Origin: Bryobacteraceae bacterium
Lineage (GTDB): Bacteria; Acidobacteriota; Terriglobia; Bryobacterales; Bryobacteraceae
Assembly (NCBI GenBank): GCA_046155405.1
Contig: JBJXFL010000014.1
Coordinates: 18,119-82,118, forward strand
Reading direction: 5' to 3'
Length of the DNA stretch: 64,000 bases
Every line of letters begins with the position of its first letter. The first letter of the stretch is position 1. Under the pieces are notes generated by a model, which ran no database searches, was not told the origin of the DNA, and was given only the letters and a program-made list of their open reading frames with translations. Shown piece by piece: positions 43,501 to 50,900 of the stretch. The position numbers were made by a program, and so were the translations under genes.

Positions 43501-46500
43501 GCCGGCGGCGCGCCGCGTGTTCGAACGGGCGGATGCGGCGTTGGGCATGCAGTTGGGGCGTCCACTCAGCTCCTACATTTTCCCGGCGCCCGCATTCCGG
43601 GACGAAGTGCGGAAGGCGAACGAGGAAGCGATCAAGGCTACCAACGTGGCGCAGCCGGCGCTGGGCGCGGCGGACCTGGCGATGTTCGGAGTTTTGGAGA
43701 TGTTGGGAATTACACCCGACATGGCCGGCGGCCACAGCTACGGCGAGTTTGCGGCGTTGGCCGCGGCCGGCGCGATGACGGTGGAAGAGTTGACGCGGAT
43801 CAGCGAGTTGCGGGGTCGCGTCATTATTGAAAACGCCAGTGGAGAGCTGGGGACGATGGCCGCCGTGGACGCCGGTGAGGCGGCGACGGTGGAAGGCATC
43901 GCCGGATTGAGCGATGTGTGGCTGGCGAATCTGAACGCGCCGAAGCAGACGGTGATCGCCGGAACGGCGAAGGGCATTGACGATGCCGTGGCGCAATTGA
44001 AGAGCAAGGGCGTCGCGGCGAAGAAAATCGCGGTGGCGTGCGCGTTCCACTCGAAACTGGTGGCGGGCGCGAAAGAGCCGCTTGCGAAGGGCTTGGCCGA
44101 TGTAGCGATGCGTCGCCCGCGTTTCCCGGTTTATTCGAACACGACCGCGCGGCCGCATGGCGACGACGTGGATGCGATACGCGTTTCGCTGGCCGAGCAT
44201 CTGGTACGGCCGGTGCGGTTTGCCGATGAGCTGGCGGCGATGCATGACGCCGGCGCGCGGATCTTTATTGAATGCGGACCGGCCAAGGTGCTGACCGGTC
44301 TGGCGGCGAAAACGTTGGAGGGGCGGCCGTTCCACGCGGTCGCGATGGACCAGTCCGGAAGAAACGGGCTGGTGCAGATGGCGCACGCGCTGGGGCAGTT
44401 ATCCACCGCGGGCGTGCCGTTCTACGCGTACCGGCTTTTTGAAGGCCGCGTGCTGAAGTCGACGACGCTGGCCCGGTTGCTGGCGGAGAGTAAGCCGGAA
44501 CCGATCACCGCCACGGCGTGGGTGGTTCGGGCCGGCCGGTCCTTTCCGGCGGCGGAATACCAGCGTATTTCCGCGAATGGAATTGTTAGAGGCAATGTAG
44601 AAGGCCGCGCGAGCGGTCAACCGAAACTATTGAGCGCCGCGCCCCCGGCGGCGACTCCAATCGAGGTGGCAATGAACTCCCCAAGAATGACCGCGTCTAA
44701 TGGCGCGACCGCTCCGGGCGAGACGGCGGCAGTATCGGCGCCGGTCGCATCCGCAGTGGTAGCAACTCCGCAACCCGCGGCCGTTGCATACACCGAACCC
44801 ATGATGCCGCTCGGAGGCAGCGTTATGGAACAGGTGGTGCAAGGCCATCACCAGTTAATGAGCCGGTTCCTGGACACGCATCGGACCGTCATGATGAGCA
44901 TGATGAGACAGGTCGACTCCATGCCGGCGGCGAGTGTAAGGATGACGGCGGTATCGCAGCCGATGCCGGCGCCTCGTCCCCAATACAGCCAGCCGCCGGC
45001 GGCGGCCCCGGCACCGGCACCGGTCCACGCGCCGGCCGTTCCGGTGGCGGCGCCCGCGCCAGTGACAGTAGCCGTGGTCGCGGCGCCTGTCGCCGTTGCC
45101 GCTCCATTGGCCGCTCCGGCTCCGTCCGTCGCGGCACCTGCCGCTCCGGCCCGGGTTGGGAAGGCGGAAATTACGGAAAAGCTCGTGAATCTGGTCAGCC
45201 AGCGCACCGGTTATCCGCCGGAGATGTTGGGTCTGGATCAGGATCTGGAAGCGGATCTGGGAGTGGATTCCATCAAACGCGTCGAGATCTTCGGCGCACT
45301 CCAGAACGAGTCCCTGCTGCCGGCGTCGGCGGTGGAAGGCGAAATTGAAAGCCTATCCAAGCTGAAGACGTTGCAGGCGATTATCGACTGGGTGGAAGCC
45401 AAGATTATGGAACTGGCCGGAGGTGCCCCGAAGGTCGCGGCATTATCGGTCCCTAATCAGGCGCCGGCTGATGAGTCAACGGCCCAGCCGGCGCCGGTAG
45501 TGAGTGCCGTAACGGAGATTACGCGGTTGCGAGTGGAAGCCGCGGATGCGCCGTTGGGGGAGGAGCGTCGCGCTCCTCTTCCGAAGTTCGTATTGATCAC
45601 CGACGACGGCGGAGGCGTGTCCTCGGCCGTCTCGGCGAAGTTGAATTCGCTTGGCATTCGAAACCAGATTCTGCGCGGAGAGCTGTCCGATCCGGTGGTG
45701 GCGCATTCGATGGCGGTGAGTTTGCGGGAGACTAACGGGGCCGTGGAACATCTGATCCACCTGAAATCGCTGGCGCCCGGAGCGCCCGGCGAGTATCTGG
45801 CGCTGAGTAAACGGCTGGAGAGCGATTTGATGCCGCTCTATCTGTTGACTCGCGAATTCGCTTCCGATATGCGGAAGGCGGAGGGCGGGGGCACCGTCTT
45901 GTCGGTGACCAGGCTAGGCGGAATATTTGGATTCGGCACGACGCCCGGCAAGGCGCATCCCATTGCATCGGGAAGCGTGGCGGGGTTCGCGAAGTCGGTG
46001 GCGCGGGAGTGGCCGGAGACGGCCGTCCGGGCGGTCGACTTCGACGCCGGAACGCCCGAAAGCGAGATTGCCGACCGCGTGGTAGCCGAGCTATTGACCC
46101 GCGACGTTTACTCCGAAGTGGGATACCTGAACGGCAAGCGGCAGCGGTTGCTGACCAAGGCGACGCCGGTGGGCCCGGAGCTCGGACCGGTGCGTTTGAC
46201 CAAAGATTCCATTGTGCTGGTGACGGGCGGCGCGCGCGGGATTACGGCGGAGATTACGTTGGAACTGGCCGAGTATTGCCAGCCGAAATTTATCCTGCTC
46301 GGCCGTTCTCCGCTGCCGCCGGAAAAGCGCGGCGACGAAATCGACAATGTAACCGACGACCGGAAGCTGAAAGCGCTGATTATCGACCGGTTGCAGACGA
46401 TCGGCCAGCGCCCGACGCCGGCGATCGTGGAAGGCGAGTTGCGCCGGATTAAACGGGAACGTGAAATTCTGGCGAATATCGCCGCCATCCGCGCGACCGG

Positions 46501-47962
46501 CGCGACGCTGGAATATCACGCGGTCGATGTGTGCGACACCGTCGGTTTCGGCGCCCTGATCGACCGCATCTACGAAAAACACGGAGCGATCGACGCGGTC
46601 ATCCATGGTGCGGGCGTGATTGAAGATAAGCTGCTGGAAGATAAGACGGCGGAATCCTTCCGGCGCGTGTTGGAGCCGAAGGTGCTGGGCGCCGAGGTTT
46701 TGGCGCGGAAACTGCGGCCGGAATCGCTTCAGTTGCTGGTGTTTTTCTCTTCCGTTTCGGCGCGCTACGGCAACCGCGGACAGAGCGACTATTCGGCGGC
46801 GAACGAAGTACTGAACAAGCTGGCGCACTACTTGAACGCGCATTGGCCGGGCCGCGTGGTTTCCTTCGACTGGGGCCCGTGGAAGACCGAAGGCGGGATG
46901 GTGTCGGCGCAGTTGGCGGAGCGATTCGCCAAGGCCGGCGTGGAGATGATCGATCCTCCAGGCGGGCGGCGCGCTTTCCTGCGGGAAGTGCTGCACGGAA
47001 CGAAAGAAGATTTCGAAGTGGTATTCGGCGGGCCGCTACGCTTGGAACAGCAGTCGCCGGGCACGGCCGTGAAACGCGCCGCGGCCGCTCCGCAGGTTTT
47101 GCTGGGCACGATGAACGCCGGCACGGGCAAGCTGGATTTCACCTTTGAAAGCAGCGCTAAACGGCATATATATCTGTGTGACCACGAGATCGACGGCCGC
47201 CCGGTGATGCCGATGGCGATGATGCTCGAACTGTTCGCCGAGGTGGCCGCGGTGTGCCAGCCGGGAACCAAGCTGCGAACCGTCCGGGACATGAAACTGT
47301 TCCGCGGCATCACGCTCAAGTCCCGCGAAGATTCGGTGGCGGTGCAGGTGTTGGCCGAACCGTCCGGCGGCGCGATTCGGGTGTCGGTGCGCGCCAAGGG
47401 CGGCGCGCCCATACACTATGAAGCGCTGGTGGAAACCGGCTCCGCCGCTCCGGCCGTTCGGGCGCCGAAATTGGAATTGCGCAATGCGCGGCCGCTGCCG
47501 CTGACGGTGGCGGAGGCTTACGAAGCGTGGTTGTTCCACGGACCGCTGTTCGCGGGCATTGTCGATGTCGAAGCCGTGGGCGACAATGGAATTGTGGGAA
47601 CTCTGCGTCCGTCGCTGCCGGCTACATTGTTCGCCGATCCGCGGCAGGGCGAGTGGGCCGCCGACCCGGTGGTGATCGATAGCGGCTTGCAGATGATTAT
47701 TCTCTGGGCGCGCACGATCATCGACCAGACGCCGCTCCCCTCGCGGCTCGGCTGCTATCACGCGTACGCTCCGCTGCACGCCGCGGCCATCCGTTGCGAG
47801 ATCGAAGTGGATCATCGCCCGGGCAGCCCGACGCTGCGCTGCCAACTGCGCTTCTTCAATGAACGCGGCGACTTTTTAGGCTGGATGGAAGATATGGAAG
47901 TAACAGCAAGCAAGGCCCTGAACCGGACGGCGAAAATCAGCCATGCTGGAACCGGACAATAA
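39659..47962 (+). CDS. Iterative type-I PKS / PUFA-synthase-like megasynthase: NMO-like, ER, KS, AT, ACP, KR, DH
   Basis: 2767 aa. The motifs were read directly from the translation; see the domain features below. The stop overlaps the next start (TAATG at 47960-47964). Confidence 0.95.
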   Translation: MNFGIVVLSPAGFPNPRLAAAAAVAGFNGGISLECLNAAQAEGLEKQLLASGHPFTLAMESLAGWQGEFAARLAGKGLERIVLTSGQASAVEIAAGKALPAIVLVEVVTADESAEAVVAGADGLIVKGNESGGRVGEETTFLLLQRIIGKVPVPVWARGGIGLHTSAACLAAGAAGVVVDWQLGLVEESNLPEAVKAKLARMDGSETSILGQECTARFRAYARPSETAFHELRKYEETQGLYSGTAPEQLAAWRGKVGERAGRGELLLVGQDGAFAPVFAENHRTVKSVCQALLRNASRQVRVAARQDAFREGGPLTESQGTRYPILQGPMTRVSDRADFALAVADGGGLPFLALALMRGPAVGKLLAETKEKLGTKPWGVGILGFVPKELRDEQLAEVKKCLPPFAVIAGGRPDMAKEFEKDGVQTYLHVPSPELLRNFLESGARRIIFEGRECGGHVGPRSSFVLWDQMVRVILAHLAGPKASKPEDYNFVFAGGIHDALSTAMTAAITAPLAERGVKTGVLLGTGYLFTHEAVTSGAISRTFQQEAVRCSQTILVESGVGHATRCANTPFGDLFNGEKRRLSKEGAPKEEIREKLEGLNLGRLRIASKGVERRKRPDGTSFYEEVNAETQRLEGMFMIGQVAALRNSVVTVADLHAEVVRGGNILRARLEELLAEARKIAGEHNGNDVAIVGLSAVFPQANDADTFWQNILHKRSAITEVPKERWDLDVYFDSDRRARDKVYSRWGGFMGDFEFDPMRFGMPPASVPSIEPMQLIMLEMVRRALADAGYDQRKFNRERTACIVGTGGGVGELGLGYGFRSMVPHYVDYAGGTLEDSRTLIEAIGGNLPEWTEDSFAGLLLNVVSGRVANRFDFGGTNYIVDAACATALAGLRSAVTELQTGSSDVAVAASADMMQSPFGYLCFSKTQALSPTGLCRTFDDKADGIVISEGFSVAILKRLEDAILDGDHVYALVKAVGASSDGKDKGLTAPRPLGQMRALERAYAKSGIDPATVGLIEAHGTGTVVGDRTETEALTAFFSRSSAPRHTIALGSVKSQIGHTKCSAGFAGLVKAAYALRHKVLPPTINVTTPNAKANWDESPLFINTEPRPWMARLDGASRSAGVSAFGFGGTNFHTVLSEYRPVDGIADDTCPLREWPAELFLMRGKTAADVTGTINLLLKEIEAGAQPALWDLAAAVYWDKGRGEGDVRLAIVAESLTDLTAKLKAARPHVEAGKAYKDPKGIYFSAEGLGKDAKVAFLFPGQGSQSPDMLRDLSVAWPAARRVFERADAALGMQLGRPLSSYIFPAPAFRDEVRKANEEAIKATNVAQPALGAADLAMFGVLEMLGITPDMAGGHSYGEFAALAAAGAMTVEELTRISELRGRVIIENASGELGTMAAVDAGEAATVEGIAGLSDVWLANLNAPKQTVIAGTAKGIDDAVAQLKSKGVAAKKIAVACAFHSKLVAGAKEPLAKGLADVAMRRPRFPVYSNTTARPHGDDVDAIRVSLAEHLVRPVRFADELAAMHDAGARIFIECGPAKVLTGLAAKTLEGRPFHAVAMDQSGRNGLVQMAHALGQLSTAGVPFYAYRLFEGRVLKSTTLARLLAESKPEPITATAWVVRAGRSFPAAEYQRISANGIVRGNVEGRASGQPKLLSAAPPAATPIEVAMNSPRMTASNGATAPGETAAVSAPVASAVVATPQPAAVAYTEPMMPLGGSVMEQVVQGHHQLMSRFLDTHRTVMMSMMRQVDSMPAASVRMTAVSQPMPAPRPQYSQPPAAAPAPAPVHAPAVPVAAPAPVTVAVVAAPVAVAAPLAAPAPSVAAPAAPARVGKAEITEKLVNLVSQRTGYPPEMLGLDQDLEADLGVDSIKRVEIFGALQNESLLPASAVEGEIESLSKLKTLQAIIDWVEAKIMELAGGAPKVAALSVPNQAPADESTAQPAPVVSAVTEITRLRVEAADAPLGEERRAPLPKFVLITDDGGGVSSAVSAKLNSLGIRNQILRGELSDPVVAHSMAVSLRETNGAVEHLIHLKSLAPGAPGEYLALSKRLESDLMPLYLLTREFASDMRKAEGGGTVLSVTRLGGIFGFGTTPGKAHPIASGSVAGFAKSVAREWPETAVRAVDFDAGTPESEIADRVVAELLTRDVYSEVGYLNGKRQRLLTKATPVGPELGPVRLTKDSIVLVTGGARGITAEITLELAEYCQPKFILLGRSPLPPEKRGDEIDNVTDDRKLKALIIDRLQTIGQRPTPAIVEGELRRIKREREILANIAAIRATGATLEYHAVDVCDTVGFGALIDRIYEKHGAIDAVIHGAGVIEDKLLEDKTAESFRRVLEPKVLGAEVLARKLRPESLQLLVFFSSVSARYGNRGQSDYSAANEVLNKLAHYLNAHWPGRVVSFDWGPWKTEGGMVSAQLAERFAKAGVEMIDPPGGRRAFLREVLHGTKEDFEVVFGGPLRLEQQSPGTAVKRAAAAPQVLLGTMNAGTGKLDFTFESSAKRHIYLCDHEIDGRPVMPMAMMLELFAEVAAVCQPGTKLRTVRDMKLFRGITLKSREDSVAVQVLAEPSGGAIRVSVRAKGGAPIHYEALVETGSAAPAVRAPKLELRNARPLPLTVAEAYEAWLFHGPLFAGIVDVEAVGDNGIVGTLRPSLPATLFADPRQGEWAADPVVIDSGLQMIILWARTIIDQTPLPSRLGCYHAYAPLHAAAIRCEIEVDHRPGSPTLRCQLRFFNERGDFLGWMEDMEVTASKALNRTAKISHAGTGQ
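40622..41668 (+). other. Domain: PfaD/FabK-type FMN enoyl reductase
   Basis: aa 322-670: YPILQGPMTRVSD..., IIFEGRECGGHVGPRSS, FVFAGGIHD...GVLLGTGYLFTHEA. Confidence 0.75.
41723..43093 (+). other. Domain: ketosynthase (Cys-His-His intact)
   Basis: aa 689-1145: DVAIVGLSAVFPQA, VDAAC(887)ATALAG, EAH(1022)GTGT, IGH(1062)TKCSAG. Confidence 0.9.
43430..44338 (+). other. Domain: acyltransferase (malonyl-type)
   Basis: aa 1258-1560: FLFPGQGSQ, GGHS(1360)YGE, VACAFHS. Confidence 0.85.
45164..45403 (+). other. Domain: single integrated ACP
   Basis: aa 1836-1915: LGLDQDLEADLGVDS(1871)IKRVEI, preceded by a ~180-aa Ala/Pro/Val-rich linker (aa 1655-1835). Confidence 0.85.
45581..46993 (+). other. Domain: ketoreductase (structural plus catalytic subdomains)
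   Basis: aa ~1975-2445: VLVTGGARGITAEI, HGAGV, SSVSARYGNRGQSDY(2378)SAAN. Confidence 0.8.
47096..47908 (+). other. Domain: PKS-type (double hot-dog) dehydratase
   Basis: aa ~2480-2750: LCDH(2509)EIDGRPVMPMAMMLEL (HxxxGxxxxP) and DPVVIDSGLQ (DxxxQ). Confidence 0.8.
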
Positions 47963-50900
47963 TGAGCGCGAAAGAATCGAGACCCCCTTCCGGGCATTCC
48001 ATTCACGGGGATGTCGCCATTGTCGGCCTGGCTTGTACCTACCCCGGAGCGCGTAACGCCGGCCAGTTCTGGCGGAACATCGTCAACAAACTGAGCGCGA
48101 TCGCCGACGTTCATCCGGACCGCTGGGATCCGGCCGTTTTTTACGATCCCGATCCCGCCAAGGAAGACAAGATCTACTGCAAGCAGGGCGGCTACCTGCC
48201 CAATTCGTTCACGTTCAATCCGGCGAAAGCGGGCGTGCCGCCGTCGGCCATCGAGGGCGCCGAGCCGGACCATTACCTGATGCTCCGGACGATGTACGAA
48301 GCGTTGGACGACGCGGGTTATCTGAAGAAAACCTTCGACCGGGACCGGGTGAGCGTCATGATGGGCAAGGGCAACTACCTGGCGCCCGGCTTGACATGGA
48401 TCATGCACCGGACGGTGGTTTCCGAGATGGTGATGCGTATCGTGGAGTCGTTGCGCCCGGACTTCACCGGAGACGAACTTACGAAGATCAGGCAGTCGAT
48501 TCAGCGGAAGCTGCCGAAGCTCAATACGGAGAACGCGGCGGGGCTGATCCCGAACATCAGCACCGGGCGGGTGGCCAACCGGCTGGACTTCATGGGCGCG
48601 AACTACACGATCGACGCGGCCTGCGCGTCTTCGTTATTAGCGACGGAGAACGCCCTGCACAGCCTGCTGATCGGCAAGGACGATATGGTGCTGGCCGGCG
48701 GGTCGCACCTGTTCGCGCATATTCCGTTTCTGAGCGTTTTCGACAAGACGCGGGCGATGTCGGCGACGTCCACCATTCGCCCCTACGATGCGAACGCCGA
48801 CGGGACGATGTCCGGCGAGGGCATTGGCGTGATGGTGCTGAAACGGCTGGCCGACGCCGAGCGCGACGGCGACCGGATCTATGCGGTGATCAAGGGCGCC
48901 GGATCGGCCTCCGACGGCAAGGCAAAAGGCGTGATGGCGCCGCGCGTGGAGGGAGAAGAACTGGCCCTGCGCCGGGCGTTGTCGATGGCCGGCGTGGCGC
49001 CGGAAACGGTGGAACTGATAGAAGGCCACGGCACGGGGACGCCCGTTGGCGATGCGACCGAGATTGAAGCGCTGCACCGGGCGTACGGCGAAAACAGCGA
49101 GGGCCGGCGCACCATTGCGTTGGGCAGCGTGAAATCGAATATCGGTCATGCGATGCCCGCGGCCGGAGCGGCCGGGCTGATTAAGACGGCGCTTGCGCTT
49201 TATCACAAAGTCCTGCCGCCGACGTTGAATGTAGTTGAACCCAACGCCCTGCTGCAGCGGCCGGAATCGCGTTTTTATTTGAATACGGAAGCGCGGCCCT
49301 GGATCCACCGCAAGGATGGCGCGCCGCGCCGGGCGGGCGTGAACGCTTTCGGATTCGGCGGCATCAACGCCCACGTGGTATTGGAGGAGTACCGGCCCGC
49401 GGCGGAGACCGGCCAGCCGACGCTGCTTCGCGAATGGGACCAGGAACTGTTCGTATTTGAAGGGGCGACGCGGCCGGAGTTGATGGCTTCGCTCGACCGG
49501 GTGCGCGGCTATGTGCTATCCGTCGAAGGCGTATCGACCGCCGATCTGGCCTTTACCCTGAACACGGCGCTGACCGGACAGGCGGAACGGCTGGCGATCA
49601 TAGCGTCTAATTTCGAAGAACTCGCCCAACGCATCGACCGCGCCAAACGCAAGCTGGAAGACCCGGATTGTTCACAGATCCGCGAACGCCAGGGTATCTA
49701 CTATTTCGAGAGCCCGGAACTGCACAACGGCAAAGTCGCCTTCCTGTTCCCGGGCGAAGGGGCGCAGTATGTCAACATGCTGTCGGACCTTTGCATCCAC
49801 TTTCCGGAGGTCCGGAACTGTTTCGATACGGCCGATACGGCGAAGAAGAACGGCGCTCCGGTATCGAGCGTCGTGTTCCCGGCGCCGTCGCTGACGCCGG
49901 AGGACGAAGCCGCGGCCGAAGCCGAACTTTTCTCCATTGAACGCGCCACGGAGACGGTTCTGACGGCCGACGGAGCGATGTTCCGGCTGATGGAAAAGCT
50001 GGGGCTGCGGGCGCACATGATGAGCGGCCATTCGGCCGGCGAGTGGATCGCGATGGCGGCGTCCGGGATGCTGGATGTCGACACGTTCATCGGCTCGATG
50101 GAACGGCTGGAAACGATGTACCGCGATGTCGCGGCGGACTCCGAGATTCCGCGGATGGCGATGCTGGCCGTTGGCGCGGGAAAAGAACGCGTGGCCGAAT
50201 TGGCTTCGCAGGCCGGTGTCAAGATCGACCTGGCGAACGACAACTGCCCCCATCAGACCGTGATTGTGGTGGAGCCGGCGCATACCGACCGCGTGGTGGA
50301 GCACTTCCTGACGAGCGGCGTTTTCATCGAAAAACTGCCCTATGACCGCGGTTACCACACGCCCGCGTTCACCTACATTTGCGATCCGCTACGCAAGTTT
50401 TTCGCCTCCTTGGATTTGAACGCACCGAAGGTGCCGGTGTATTCCTGCACCACCGCCGAACTGATTCCGGAGGATCGCGAGGGCATTCTGGACGTGGTCG
50501 CCAATACCTTCGCCAAGCCGTTGATCTTCCAGGACACAATCCGGAAGATGTACGACGACGGCGCGCGGATCTTCGTTGAACTTGGGCCGCGCGGTAACCT
50601 GACGGCTTTCGCCGACGATATTTTGCGCGGGCGGATGCACCTGTCCGTACCGATGGACCAGTTCCGCCGGCCGGGTTTGCTGGGATTATGCCACGGGCTG
50701 GGCCTGCTGGCCGCGGCCCATGTGCCGTTGGCGCTCGTGGGGTTGTACGAACGGCGCCAGCCGCGCCGCCTCACCCTGGATGCGAAGGCCGATACGGTGC
50801 TGCCGGAAGAGCGGCAGCCGGGCAGTATTCAAGTTTCGCTCTGCTATTCGGTGCTCGAATCTCCGCCGCCGGAGATGATGCGGTCAATGGCCGCCATCGC

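Noticed and set aside
44930-45150. Repetitive GC-rich stretch (GCNCCN-type repeats) that could look like a tandem repeat or CRISPR-like array
   Set aside because: It is in frame within the megasynthase and encodes an Ala/Pro/Val-rich inter-domain linker (AAPAPAPVHAPAVPVAAPAPV...), typical of the region before the ACP in PUFA/PKS synthases. There is no unit-spacer periodicity.
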